From: a virus
Taxonomy: Duplodnaviria; Caudoviricetes
Virus record (IMG/VR): IMGVR_UViG_3300027911_000003
Span: 1 to 60,286 of that record
Reading direction: 5' to 3' (one strand)
DNA: 60,286 nt
A program made the position numbers and the translations under genes. The notes beneath the pieces are model-generated. The model saw only the letters and a program-made list of their open reading frames with translations, was not told the DNA's origin and searched no databases. Positions 18,099 through 27,042 of the stretch are shown piece by piece (the first letter of the stretch is position 1; every line of letters starts with the position of its first letter).

Positions 18099-19780
18099 CG
18101 TCCCATCCAACCCGTCGCGCGCTCGTGCAAGCTTCCCGCGAGATCGGGCAGTTTAGGCGTTTCCGCGCGCCCCGCAAGACGTGCCCCGCGTTTGACCGCC
18201 GCGATAATCGCCTTTTCCCCCTCAGACCATGCCATAATCACCGCGTCCCCGCGATCAGGCGAGCGCCCGAGACGCTCAGGCTTTTTCAGGTCCTCTTTCC
18301 CCTCGATCTGAATGCCCGACTTCGACAGCTTCCATCGCGGCGCGGTCAAATCGGCGAATAGCGCGGGGTCGGGAGGAAGCGCGATCTGCGACCCGCCATC
18401 CTGATCCGGGTCGAGCGCCTCGCGAAACCGCCAGTGAACCTCAGCGCGCTTGTTGATGAATTTCAGCCTCGCCTTGTCCGCGGTCACGGCATCTGAGCCG
18501 TTGGCCCCATTGTACCGTCGCACCTCGATGTCGTTTTCCTCTAACCTTTCCGCAACTCCTCCGCCATAGCCCCCGCCCATATCGACCACGATCGCGCAAT
18601 TGTTCCGCCGATATTTCACGATCAACGCCGCGCTATCGCTCGGAAGCGGCACGCTCGCGCCCGGCCTAACAATTAACTCCGCATACCAAGGACCATGCCG
18701 GGGTGCTGCTACAAAGTCGTCCGCGCCCCCCTGAGCGATGTCCGCGGCGATCGCGGTCATCTGCGCCCCCTCGGGCGGCTCGGGCGTCCAGCGGGCTTGC
18801 GCGGCCCTTACCCACGCTGTCGGGATAACCTGCCATTCATGGTCCTGGCGCCCCGCGGTAAAATCGCCATGCAATAGTTGCGAGCGAAGCGGTTCGGGCA
18901 GGTTCTGCAACTCCGTCCGATAACCCGTGTTCCGCAGATATTTGTTGTCGTTTAGCCGACCGGGAATGAACGTCCTCGTTTTCGGCACGACAACATCGCT
19001 CACCGTATCGCCCTGCGCGCTTTGCGCCTCGATTTCCTCTTGGGTCGCGAGACGATATTTCAGCCCTTCCGTGAACACGATCGGCGAGCCGTCCTTAAGC
19101 CAGACTGTCGAGCCATCGCGATCCGGCCCTGTCGCGGCCCAGCGCAACTCTCCGGGCTTGGCGGGGTTTCCGAATCCCTTGTCAAGCCACGGCGCGAACC
19201 ATTCCATAAGCCATTCGCCCTCGCCTCCTGTCGGCGGGTTGCTCGCGATCACGATGCGCTTGCGCTGTCTCGGGTCCTCCGATCGAAGCCATCCGATAAC
19301 GAACTGCACTTTAGTGCGAGCGAGCTGCGCGCCCTCATCGAACCCATAGAAATCTCGTGGGCGCCCTTGATGCGACTTTTCCGAGCCCGGCTTTTCCAAA
19401 TGCGCAAGTTGTATCGATCTCCCGTCGCGCCGCAAGATATTGTCCGCGCCGTTCCATCCGTCGCGAGAGCCGTTGACCTCCAGCAGATATTCCTCAACGC
19501 CCTGCAAATCCGTTGCTTTGGCGCGGAAAATAACCGAACGCCGATGCTGCGTCATCCCAAGCCCAACGAGAAGCGATGTCTTTCCCGCTCCCGCCGCGCC
19601 CCCATAGAGCAGAATATCCGCTTTCGAATAGTAGGCGTCCGTCTGAGGCTTATTATCCGGGTCGGGAAGCCATCTCGCGGTCAATTGCTCCGCGATGATC
19701 GCGTCAAGCTCTTTCTTCGCATCAGGCGCTCTTGTCGAGACCCACGATTGAAACTCCGCGAGTGACGAAGGCACGCCCAT
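18095..19780 (-). CDS. terL: Terminase large subunit
   Basis: Walker A YGGAAGAGKT, Walker B YGFDEG, ASNP motif, nuclease ADIAQGGAD...RSPDRGDA. Confidence 0.95.
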   Translation of the reverse strand: MGVPSSLAEFQSWVSTRAPDAKKELDAIIAEQLTARWLPDPDNKPQTDAYYSKADILLYGGAAGAGKTSLLVGLGMTQHRRSVIFRAKATDLQGVEEYLLEVNGSRDGWNGADNILRRDGRSIQLAHLEKPGSEKSHQGRPRDFYGFDEGAQLARTKVQFVIGWLRSEDPRQRKRIVIASNPPTGGEGEWLMEWFAPWLDKGFGNPAKPGELRWAATGPDRDGSTVWLKDGSPIVFTEGLKYRLATQEEIEAQSAQGDTVSDVVVPKTRTFIPGRLNDNKYLRNTGYRTELQNLPEPLRSQLLHGDFTAGRQDHEWQVIPTAWVRAAQARWTPEPPEGAQMTAIAADIAQGGADDFVAAPRHGPWYAELIVRPGASVPLPSDSAALIVKYRRNNCAIVVDMGGGYGGGVAERLEENDIEVRRYNGANGSDAVTADKARLKFINKRAEVHWRFREALDPDQDGGSQIALPPDPALFADLTAPRWKLSKSGIQIEGKEDLKKPERLGRSPDRGDAVIMAWSEGEKAIIAAVKRGARLAGRAETPKLPDLAGSLHERATGWMGR

Positions 19781-19781
19781 T

Positions 19782-19958
19782 TCAGAGAATTACGCCTATG
19801 TATTGGCTGTTGCATGCCTGGCTGAAATCCAGCACGTTCGAACAGCCTCCCCCCGTTGCCGCATGCTTATGAAAGAAAATCTGCGGTAGGATTTGCGCAT
19901 AGGATTGCCCAACCCCGAACAGGACCGCGCACGCGAAGATCAGCAGCCGCCGCCTCAC
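19782..19958 (-). CDS. Secreted Cys-pair micro-protein
   Basis: GTGA-coupled; RRRLLIFACAVLFGVGQSYA|QILPQIFF...CSNVLDFSQACNSQYIGVIL. Confidence 0.7.
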   Translation of the reverse strand: MRRRLLIFACAVLFGVGQSYAQILPQIFFHKHAATGGGCSNVLDFSQACNSQYIGVIL

Positions 19959-20881
19959 GTCCATGATCCCGTGAATGAACCGAGCAAATAGTGCGTCGCA
20001 TCGCGGCCTAGGAAACACATCTGATCTCCAAGCGCCCCGCTCGACGTAATCGCGGTTCCGTTTGGAGATTTATACGCATAGGAGGTGTTCGTGACTTGGC
20101 TCCCCGTGGGCGTCACTTGGATCGTACTCGCCACTCCGGTATCGTTCTGGATGCAATATTGTACCCCTGCCGCTGGTATAGGCAATGTCACGGTGCAGGT
20201 TGCGGTGCATACAAAGCACGCGACCGCCCCGCTTAGAGTTGCGCTGGTGCCGATGGTTGTCGGGCAAACCCCGCTTCCGTATGTGATAAATCCGCCAGAC
20301 GCATTGACCGGATTTCCTGCTGCGGTCAGCACTCCCGTACCCGCGCCCGCGAGGTTCGCGACAGTGTAACCCGTACCCGCTGCGAGATTGCCGCTATTGA
20401 TCGTTCCGAGCGACGGCGTCACAAAGACGGGGCTTGTCGTCGCCGATAGTGCGCCGGAGCCATTTAGCGTAGCTGCTAGAGCCGTTCCGACGTTCGCGCC
20501 TAGTCCCGTAATCCCCGCGAGGGGAGCCGCGATGCTGTTCGTCGTGCATGCCGTCGCCTGGCCGCCCGCGTTCAGCGTGACGGTCGGAATCGCTGTGCTG
20601 GATCCGCATGCCCCCACATTCGCGTTCACGGTCGGTAGGGTGACAACGCCCGTTCCGCTGACATTGATCGCGCCGGACATTTGGCCATATACAAACGCCC
20701 CAACTTGCGTCGCCGTGCATTTATAATCGCTCGCGACGCCTACGGGACAGTAAAATAGCTGGCTTCCCACAATCGCAGGAGATGCCGTAAGCGCGTTGAC
20801 GGTGCTGCTCGCCGCGAGGCTCAAGGACGGCGCGAAGGCGAGAACCAGCGCCGAAACTATCGCACCTAAGCGCTTCAGCAT
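19955..20881 (-). CDS. Signal-peptide-bearing fibre-like protein
   Basis: MLKRLGAIVSALVLAFAPSLSLA|ASS...; TTSPVFVTPSLG and TVTLP fibre motifs; 10 Cys. Confidence 0.8.
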   Translation of the reverse strand: MLKRLGAIVSALVLAFAPSLSLAASSTVNALTASPAIVGSQLFYCPVGVASDYKCTATQVGAFVYGQMSGAINVSGTGVVTLPTVNANVGACGSSTAIPTVTLNAGGQATACTTNSIAAPLAGITGLGANVGTALAATLNGSGALSATTSPVFVTPSLGTINSGNLAAGTGYTVANLAGAGTGVLTAAGNPVNASGGFITYGSGVCPTTIGTSATLSGAVACFVCTATCTVTLPIPAAGVQYCIQNDTGVASTIQVTPTGSQVTNTSYAYKSPNGTAITSSGALGDQMCFLGRDATHYLLGSFTGSWT

Positions 20882-21111
20882 GAGACGGACCCCGTTAGAC
20901 AAAGGTTCGACAGTCCATCCACGAGCAACACGTTATTCGCGCCGCCTGCCACCAAAAGCAGCGCGCCCGTCTGCGGCGGCGGCCCAGCGTTGCCCACGAT
21001 ATGCTGTTGCATGAAAAACAGCCGCCTTGGCCCCACTCGCGTCGCCCCAAGCGCGTCGCCAGCGAGCACAAGGCCGATCGCGAGCGCCGCGAACGCAAGC
21101 CGCGCGCGCAT
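20875..21111 (-). CDS. Secreted small adaptor-like protein
   Basis: Signal peptide; C-terminal LLLVAGG..VLLVDGLSNLCLTGSVSC. Confidence 0.7.
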   Translation of the reverse strand: MRARLAFAALAIGLVLAGDALGATRVGPRRLFFMQQHIVGNAGPPPQTGALLLVAGGANNVLLVDGLSNLCLTGSVSC

Positions 21112-21743
21112 CAGTCCTGCGCCTCATAGGTCACGATGACGAACTTTTCCGCCGCGCCCGGGATATAAGCCCCCGTCGCCTCGATCGTCGCATAAATCGT
21201 CTCGCCGGGCGGAAACGACTTATAGACCGCGGGTGCGATATCAAGCGGACAGACATTCCAGCCCGAGCCATCTGTCGTTGTTGACCACGTCGTCTGCGCG
21301 CATGTCGCTTGGCCGATGTAGATCGCGGGCGCGGTCAGGTCCGCGAAATACGGCCCCGTGTATGCGGAATAGTCCGCGAGCCCCACGAAAGTCGGGGGCA
21401 ACGCAAAGAGGTAAATATTGAACGAGGCATTCGCAAACGAGCCCGTGCTCTTGGCGAGAATGACCTTGCTCAACAGCCCGCTACGCGGCGAGGTCGGAGA
21501 ACGACGCCCCGCCACGATTTGAATTGGCGCGCAGGTCGCGCCGCAAACAAGCTGCCCAGAGGCATAGGCTGTGATCGTCGCGGATCGCGTTAGCCCCGAG
21601 CAGGTGCTCGCGCCGCCTGTCGCTGCATTGCAACTGAAATCATCATAGCCGCCCGCTGAAACCGCAGCATCATAGGCGAATGAGGGCAGGCAACTCGCTA
21701 GGGCGAGGGCCAATGCGAGGGCATGGCTAACGATGCGGCGCAT
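21111..21743 (-). CDS. Signal-peptide-bearing (possibly lipoprotein, LASC) beta protein
   Basis: AGGAG RBS; MRRIVSHALALALALASCLPSFA|Y; 6 Cys in mature part. Confidence 0.75.
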   Translation of the reverse strand: MRRIVSHALALALALASCLPSFAYDAAVSAGGYDDFSCNAATGGASTCSGLTRSATITAYASGQLVCGATCAPIQIVAGRRSPTSPRSGLLSKVILAKSTGSFANASFNIYLFALPPTFVGLADYSAYTGPYFADLTAPAIYIGQATCAQTTWSTTTDGSGWNVCPLDIAPAVYKSFPPGETIYATIEATGAYIPGAAEKFVIVTYEAQD

Positions 21744-21844
21744 TGGCGCTCCTAGGGCGAGGGAAGTGGCGGGCGCCGGAGCATTCCAGCTATCCACGAG
21801 GCATTTGTAGCATCGCAGCGTTCAAGCGCCCAAGCTTTGCGGTC

Positions 21845-22042
21845 TCAGTCGATCTCGCGCTTTTTCGGCATCGGGATCGCGCACGGGGCCTCTCGCGAGC
21901 CATCGCGACCCGGATGCGTGTTGCCAGGGTTTTCCTTGCCCTTGCGCATCGGATCGTGCGCCCCGGCGCCCTTAGCTGTATTCAACTCCATCGAGCGCAT
22001 GTTGATGCCCTTGACGTCGCCGATATCGTTCTGACCTGCCAT
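21845..22042 (-). CDS. Small hydrophilic protein
   Basis: AAGGA RBS; 65 aa. Confidence 0.6.
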   Translation of the reverse strand: MAGQNDIGDVKGINMRSMELNTAKGAGAHDPMRKGKENPGNTHPGRDGSREAPCAIPMPKKREID

Positions 22043-22077
22043 GTTCGTTGTCCTTTTGCTTGAGAGAGGCCGCTATA

Positions 22078-22734
22078 TCACTGAATGCGATACCACGTCG
22101 TGTTCGATGCCTGATAGATGTATTCGACCTGAGATAGCGCGCCAGCCGCCGAGTTGTTCGTCTCGGCCGCGAGGTTCGTTGGCGCAACGCCCACCAGCGA
22201 TTGACCCGTGTTCGCCGTAACCGAGAACGTTGCGATGGCGGTCGAGGTCGAGTTCGCAAGCTGAACGCGCTGGCCATTGAACGGCGCCGGAGGCATTGTC
22301 ACCGCTTCCGTCGCGCCTACACCATTGAAAATCTGTGTGCCGGTCAGGTTCCCGAGCGTCACGGACGCGCCCGTCGTCTGCACAACCACATTGCCAGGGC
22401 TCAGGAGCGATAGCGGAATGAGAGCCGTTGTAGGGCCTCCCGCGAAGATCGGGCCAACGCCGGGCGTGTAAAGATCGACGGGAAGCACTTCCGAGCCAGT
22501 GAGGGTCGCAGGCCCCGCGGGAACCGTCTGGCCGCAAACTGCAGGAGGCGTTGTCGTGCCGCCGCCTGTGCCCGTAATTGTGCCCTGACCCGTGGGCGAG
22601 CCGATGTAGCTCGCGCAATAGGACGCGCCACCGATAATCGGAAGCGTCTGCCACAAACCCGCGCCGATCGCCGCATAACCGCCCGCGAGCAGGATCAGCC
22701 CCGCCAGAAGGCCCCGTGTCTTATTCAGTCGCAT
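22078..22734 (-). CDS. Signal-peptide-bearing fibre/decoration-like protein
   Basis: AAGGAG RBS; VTMPPAPFNGQRV...YIYQASNTTWYR C-terminal domain; 2 Cys. Confidence 0.8.
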   Translation of the reverse strand: MRLNKTRGLLAGLILLAGGYAAIGAGLWQTLPIIGGASYCASYIGSPTGQGTITGTGGGTTTPPAVCGQTVPAGPATLTGSEVLPVDLYTPGVGPIFAGGPTTALIPLSLLSPGNVVVQTTGASVTLGNLTGTQIFNGVGATEAVTMPPAPFNGQRVQLANSTSTAIATFSVTANTGQSLVGVAPTNLAAETNNSAAGALSQVEYIYQASNTTWYRIQ

Positions 22735-22780
22735 CGCACTTCTCCTTCTGTTTTCCGGGCGTCAGGCGGCCGGACGCCGT

Positions 22781-22942
22781 TCAGTCCATTCGTTGCAGAA
22801 CTTCAAGCGCGAGGACAATGGGAGCCTCAACATGAGACCATTTTCCCTGCGTTGCATGCGCCCATTGTCGAACGACGACCCAATATCGCGCGCGTTTTGG
22901 GATCAGATGCCATGCCACGAACTTCCAGAATTTCTCGCTCAT
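22781..22942 (-). CDS. 53-aa Trp-rich hypothetical protein
   Basis: Manual translation MSEKFWKFVAWHLIPKRARYW...; ATGA-coupled. Confidence 0.6.
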   Translation of the reverse strand: MSEKFWKFVAWHLIPKRARYWVVVRQWAHATQGKWSHVEAPIVLALEVLQRMD

Positions 22943-23034
22943 CTTGATTTACCCCACATGAAGCCGATCGCCAAGCCGCCCGCAAACCAGCCTAACGCCC
23001 AAACGCCAATCCACAAAATCGTAGAGAGGCTCAT
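22939..23034 (-). CDS. 31-aa TM micropeptide
   Basis: MSLSTILWIGVWALGWFAGGLAIGFMWGKSR; ATGA-coupled at both ends. Confidence 0.5.
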   Translation of the reverse strand: MSLSTILWIGVWALGWFAGGLAIGFMWGKSR

Positions 23035-23381
23035 TTCTTTTGCGCATCCAATGCAGCCTGCTTGGCGATGAACGCCGCGAGGGCTCGCGCGCGCTGCTCG
23101 TCGGTGTACTCGGTCACATCGCGAAATTCCAGCGGGCGTTTATCCATGCCGCCGACCTCGACCGAAGTCAGACGAGGGTGCACATAAGGCGCTGCGGACT
23201 TGGCCGCATCAAGCCGGGTCGCAAGCAATTCATCCTTGTTGCGCACCACAGCGAGCATCAATTCGAGCGGCGTCAGCCCTTCCGCAGCTATCTTGGATTC
23301 CTTTGCCAAGGTCGCCTTGTTGGGTACGCCTTTCTTGCGCCCGCCGCGACGCTCTCCAGGCGCGGAGCCATGTCCGGCCAT
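23031..23381 (-). CDS. terS: Terminase small subunit (putative)
   Basis: GERRGGRKKGVPNKAT...TPLELML...RLDAAKSAAPYVHPRL motif. Confidence 0.8.
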   Translation of the reverse strand: MAGHGSAPGERRGGRKKGVPNKATLAKESKIAAEGLTPLELMLAVVRNKDELLATRLDAAKSAAPYVHPRLTSVEVGGMDKRPLEFRDVTEYTDEQRARALAAFIAKQAALDAQKK

Positions 23382-23406
23382 TGCAATTTATCCTATCGCT
23401 ATTTTT

Positions 23407-23664
23407 TCAAGTCGCTTTGCTAACTTTTGCTTTTTTAGCAGCCCTGCGCTTGCGCATCAACTCGCGCTGGTAGGCGACGCGATCAAAAGCAGCTTGCGCC
23501 TTTGGTGAGCGCTGAGGAATTTCATCGGATTTTTGATTTTGACCGGCGTTGATGGATTGTCGCGATGGTAACGCGCCCACCATTTTACGCTTTGGCCGAG
23601 AGGAGCCTTGAGGCGGCTTTCCAGGATTTTGCGCGCCATTGATGTCCTCAAATCGGATTGCCAT
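23407..23664 (-). CDS. Hypothetical basic protein
   Basis: FDRVAYQRELMRKRRA C-terminal motif. Confidence 0.65.
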   Translation of the reverse strand: MAIRFEDINGAQNPGKPPQGSSRPKRKMVGALPSRQSINAGQNQKSDEIPQRSPKAQAAFDRVAYQRELMRKRRAAKKAKVSKAT

Positions 23665-23683
23665 GCTGTTAGACTAACACAAA

Positions 23684-24265
23684 TCATTGAGGGCGAACCA
23701 CCGATGACGCATTTATTGCACTCGGCGCGTTTCCCGTCAATCCGAGTAAAATGGCGAGGGCCGCAAGCGCATCGCGAAGGCCGACAAGCTCGATAAATCC
23801 CGCAGGGGAGCGGCCGATTCCCTCGCAGCACTCACGCATTGCGATTATGCTGCCTTTGGTGAGGCCAAGCGCGCGAAGATCGGAAATCAGCCGGTCAAAG
23901 CGCAGGATTGCGAGGCGACTGGCTTTGTCGCTAGATCCGTTTGGGGAAGAGCCTGGGGACCTTGGCTCTAGGTTTGGGCTCTTGATGTCGGCTGAGGGCA
24001 TATCGAGCGCCCTTGCGCGTTTCTGAGCGATTGCGGCCCACTGTAGCGCGGCGGCATATTGCGTTTCATTGAGCTTGCCTTGGAGGGTTAGGCGTCCGAC
24101 CGACGTTCCATAGGCGCTTTGATGCACAAGGCGAATGTCAGCATCCATCAGGCGCTTTATCGCGCAGGGGGATCGGTCTGAGGAAGGTTCGCGATTGGCG
24201 ATTGCGCGCGAGGGCTGGCCATTTGGCTGCCTAGGTCCTGATTTTCGCTTGCGCCCGCTCGCCAT
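23684..24265 (-). CDS. Putative late transcription regulator (Q-like position)
   Basis: GRKRKSGPRQPNG basic N-terminus; directly upstream of the late operon. Confidence 0.55.
   Translation of the reverse strand: MASGRKRKSGPRQPNGQPSRAIANREPSSDRSPCAIKRLMDADIRLVHQSAYGTSVGRLTLQGKLNETQYAAALQWAAIAQKRARALDMPSADIKSPNLEPRSPGSSPNGSSDKASRLAILRFDRLISDLRALGLTKGSIIAMRECCEGIGRSPAGFIELVGLRDALAALAILLGLTGNAPSAINASSVVRPQ
23712..23740 (-). promoter_or_regulatory. Candidate late promoter
   Basis: TTGACG-N17-AATAAA in the 3' end of the regulator gene. Confidence 0.35.
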
Positions 24266-24318
24266 GCAGAGTCGATCTTACGGGGAGTTAGCGGGATAGT
24301 AAACCCTGGCAACCGGCT

Positions 24319-24522
24319 TCACGGCATCTGAACTCCGTTCGGCACGAACTTGATCCCCCCCGCCTCAAGCGCCCCCCGTAGCGCAGCGACATACAGCGGT
24401 CCTGTTGGCTTATCGTTTTCAAACCGGATAATCTGCGCTTCCGAGACCTTGGAACGGGCCGCGAGGTCCTTTATCGTCCAGTCAAGCAGCCCGCGGGCCG
24501 CTCGGCAATGGGAAGGCTTCAT
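24319..24522 (-). CDS. XRE-family HTH protein
   Basis: CRAARGLLDWTIKDLA..SKVS..QIIRFE...ALEAGGIKF. Confidence 0.85.
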   Translation of the reverse strand: MKPSHCRAARGLLDWTIKDLAARSKVSEAQIIRFENDKPTGPLYVAALRGALEAGGIKFVPNGVQMP

Positions 24523-24743
24523 TTGGGAGGCTCGGGCAAGGGCATCCAATGCGTGGGCGGTACCTCACGCGACTGCGACCGCCCATGCCCTTCCACGCGC
24601 CGCCAGAATGCACGCGGCTTTTTCGCATATCGGTCAAGATCATAGACGCCAATTCCGCAGGTCACTCCAGTCCATAATCCCGGCGCGATTAGAATATACG
24701 TCCCGTCCTTCGGTGCGGTTTCGATTGGTTGCCACTCGCTCAT
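24519..24743 (-). CDS. DUF551-like protein
   Basis: WQPIETAPKDG...PTHWMPLPEPP. Confidence 0.85.
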   Translation of the reverse strand: MSEWQPIETAPKDGTYILIAPGLWTGVTCGIGVYDLDRYAKKPRAFWRRVEGHGRSQSREVPPTHWMPLPEPPK

Positions 24744-25096
24744 GCCACCAGCCCCATTTCGACTTCAAGCGCGAGCCGAGCCTCGCAACGCGCTTCGATC
24801 GCGTTCGTAAGCTGGTCGATCTTCACGCCCGCGTCGAAATACACTTCGTTTCCGTCCCTGCTGATCGGCTGCAAACCACGAGCATACATCCAGAATTCAA
24901 GCGTCGCCTTTTCCGATTGCGTCCATTCACAGGAAAGTTGACGCTCCCAGATCGGCCAGCGCTCGAAGCTCGCTTCCTCGCGGACTTGACGCGCGAGATA
25001 GGCGCGCTGCCACTCGGGGCGCCCAGCCATGCGGCGATCGACCTCTTGAGCCTCCGCCTGGGAGTTCCAAGCGCCGTTTTCGTGGACCAAAGCCAT
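24740..25096 (-). CDS. Hypothetical protein
   Basis: GGAG RBS; 118 aa. Confidence 0.65.
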   Translation of the reverse strand: MALVHENGAWNSQAEAQEVDRRMAGRPEWQRAYLARQVREEASFERWPIWERQLSCEWTQSEKATLEFWMYARGLQPISRDGNEVYFDAGVKIDQLTNAIEARCEARLALEVEMGLVA

Positions 25097-25119
25097 TGTT
25101 GTTTCTCCCGAATAAGCCC

Positions 25120-25359
25120 CTATGGTGTTGATTTCTCGCCTCTCTCAATTTCATCGGCGATCATTCTCAAAGTGGCGGCCGCCCCAGCATAGCCTGACCA
25201 GATTGCCGCCTCTGTCTGGCTATAAGATAGACCAAATCCTTGAACCATTTCGTTTTGATTTTGGGCTTGACTCGAGGCTGCTTGCCCAAGCATTCGCATT
25301 CTCGGGTCCATCGCGGCGACAACCCGAGCAGCGCGCCTATATGTCTCTGATTCTTTCAT
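25120..25359 (-). CDS. Hypothetical protein
   Basis: GAGG RBS; 79 aa. Confidence 0.6.
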   Translation of the reverse strand: MKESETYRRAARVVAAMDPRMRMLGQAASSQAQNQNEMVQGFGLSYSQTEAAIWSGYAGAAATLRMIADEIERGEKSTP

Positions 25360-25379
25360 CTCGCTACCTCTGCGACCAA

Positions 25380-25450
25380 TATCTACCCCATATCGTTTTT
25401 CCTGTCAATAGCATTTTTCGCTTGCGCTTCATTATTTTCTGCGCTATGGT
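25380..25450. promoter_or_regulatory. Back-to-back divergent sigma70-like promoters
   Basis: Minus TTGACA-N17-TAGATA (25408-25380); plus TTGCGC-N17-TATGGT (25422-25450). Confidence 0.65.
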
Positions 25451-25488
25451 CTTTTCAGGGCGAGCGAACGCCCGAATGGAGAGCGAAA

Positions 25489-25716
25489 ATGAAGCGAACG
25501 AGGTCATCTCACGCGGTCGAGTTGCGCCGTCTTTTAACTCGCGGTCCGGCTTTCAGCTTTGCGGTTTTTGGCGTGGATGGAGCCCGCGACATGACGCCAG
25601 AAGTTCGACATGCAGTCCAAGTCGCCGTTGAAGCTGCTACGCGCGGCTGGCTACAAACATGGGTGTTGCCCGAGGTTGCGGCGCTTGTTCCAGAGTTTAA
25701 GGATTGGCGATCATGA
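25489..25716 (+). CDS. Hypothetical protein
   Basis: GGAG RBS; first gene of a plus-strand unit. Confidence 0.65.
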   Translation: MKRTRSSHAVELRRLLTRGPAFSFAVFGVDGARDMTPEVRHAVQVAVEAATRGWLQTWVLPEVAALVPEFKDWRS

Positions 25717-25814
25717 CCTTCTTCGCACATCTGATCTGGGCTGCTATCTCGCTGGCCTGCGCTGTTGCTGGGGCTATCGGCGGAGCGACTGTTCTCATAG
25801 GAGCATTGTCATGA
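25713..25814 (+). CDS. 33-aa TM micropeptide
   Basis: MTFFAHLIWAAISLACAVAGAIGGATVLIGALS; ATGA-coupled at both ends. Confidence 0.6.
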   Translation: MTFFAHLIWAAISLACAVAGAIGGATVLIGALS

Positions 25815-26116
25815 GCTACCTTATTGGAAAACTGCCACAACATATGCACGGCGCTATAATGCGATGGATCAATAATGGCACACCGCCGGGCGACTTCCTG
25901 ACAGCGCTGCTTTCTAATGATCTTCGAGAGACGTTCGCGAAAGCCGACGACACGAATGCCTTGTGCATTAAAGACTGCATCATATTCTTTTATAACGCCG
26001 CACCGTCCGGCTGCTGGGGCTCTCCTGAGAATGTCCAATCGTGGGCCGCTCATAATGGGCTGAAGGGTCTGCGCGCGCGTCATCAGCGTGTAACTGCGGA
26101 GGACGATCCATCATGA
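25811..26116 (+). CDS. Phage hypothetical protein
   Basis: PPGDFLTALLSNDL...APSGCWGSPE motif. Confidence 0.75.
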   Translation: MSYLIGKLPQHMHGAIMRWINNGTPPGDFLTALLSNDLRETFAKADDTNALCIKDCIIFFYNAAPSGCWGSPENVQSWAAHNGLKGLRARHQRVTAEDDPS

Positions 26117-26220
26117 CCCATCAGAGCCCCGCACAAATCGCGACATTCGACCTCTTGGCATTCATCGGAGCCGTCATTGCGGCTCTGGCGGTTCTCTACG
26201 CTGCGGGGGCGATACCATGA
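26113..26220 (+). CDS. 35-aa TM micropeptide
   Basis: MTHQSPAQIATFDLLAFIGAVIAALAVLYAAGAIP; ATGA-coupled. Confidence 0.6.
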   Translation: MTHQSPAQIATFDLLAFIGAVIAALAVLYAAGAIP

Positions 26221-26348
26221 GCCAGCGCGCTCGATTTCTCGTCCTCACAGCGATATTCGCGCTTCTGATGTTCATGCTCGGGCGCCTGACGGGCGAAGCA
26301 GCGCCGTCCCTCGGCCCGCAAGCCAAAATCACGGAGAGGATCGCTTAG
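26217..26348 (+). CDS. 43-aa TM/signal micropeptide
   Basis: MSQRARFLVLTAIFALLMFMLGRLTG...; ATGA-coupled. Confidence 0.55.
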   Translation: MSQRARFLVLTAIFALLMFMLGRLTGEAAPSLGPQAKITERIA

Positions 26349-26535
26349 GGTCCATCCACGCCAGCGCGGGGAGTGTCACGTCGCAGCGCTCCCCGACTAT
26401 CGACTTGCGAACGATACGACGAATTGGCTTTGGCGCGGGAAACGATTTGTCCCAAGAGCGTCGTCTGTTCGCCGCGGTGCGCTCGGCAATTGTTGATCGA
26501 AAATGAGCCGCGAGATAGGTCGGGGAATGACTCAT
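26329..26535 (-). CDS. Hypothetical basic protein
   Basis: 68 aa, ATGA-coupled. Confidence 0.5.
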   Translation of the reverse strand: MSHSPTYLAAHFRSTIAERTAANRRRSWDKSFPAPKPIRRIVRKSIVGERCDVTLPALAWMDPKRSSP

Positions 26536-26771
26536 TGCTTTGTCCAGCGTTTGGCTGGCTCATTCGTGCAGAGCATCTTTTCGATGAAGGCTTTGGTTTC
26601 TTCCGACACCGGCGGCGCGATCAAGGCATAATAAAACACCTTGACGTTTCCGTCATGGCCCCCATGCTGATTGGACAACTTGACCAGGCTCTCGAAGTGC
26701 CGGGCCTCATCGGGATTGCAAAGGAGCCGCGCGCGCTCGATCATGGTTTGCTTATCGGGTTCATTTGTCAT
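26532..26771 (-). CDS. Hypothetical protein
   Basis: 79 aa. Confidence 0.6.
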   Translation of the reverse strand: MTNEPDKQTMIERARLLCNPDEARHFESLVKLSNQHGGHDGNVKVFYYALIAPPVSEETKAFIEKMLCTNEPAKRWTKQ

Positions 26772-27042
26772 TGGTCGCCTTCCGCGCTTGATTAATCACT
26801 ATGGCCGCATTGAGCGTGTTCCACGGCTTCCATCCCCCCATCATCATATCGTACAGCGTCGTCAGCCCGTGGCGATCCCCGTTCTCGTACATCCGCTCGG
26901 CCATTGCGATGTGAGGGCACCAGTCGTCTCCTAAGACCCGTATCTCTGTCCGCAGAACTCCGCCTACATTGATAGCCCTCGTGACGTAGTGAGGGCCGAA
27001 GCGGGTGCGGATTTCGTTGAGCATAATTTGGAGGTCTTTCAT
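26761..27042 (-). CDS. Hypothetical protein
   Basis: ATGA-coupled at 27042. Confidence 0.6.
   Translation of the reverse strand: MKDLQIMLNEIRTRFGPHYVTRAINVGGVLRTEIRVLGDDWCPHIAMAERMYENGDRHGLTTLYDMMMGGWKPWNTLNAAIVINQARKATNDK

Noticed and set aside
24319-24522. XRE protein as the CI immunity repressor
   Set aside because: 67 aa, no S24 peptidase domain, last gene of an operon and not at the divergent switch
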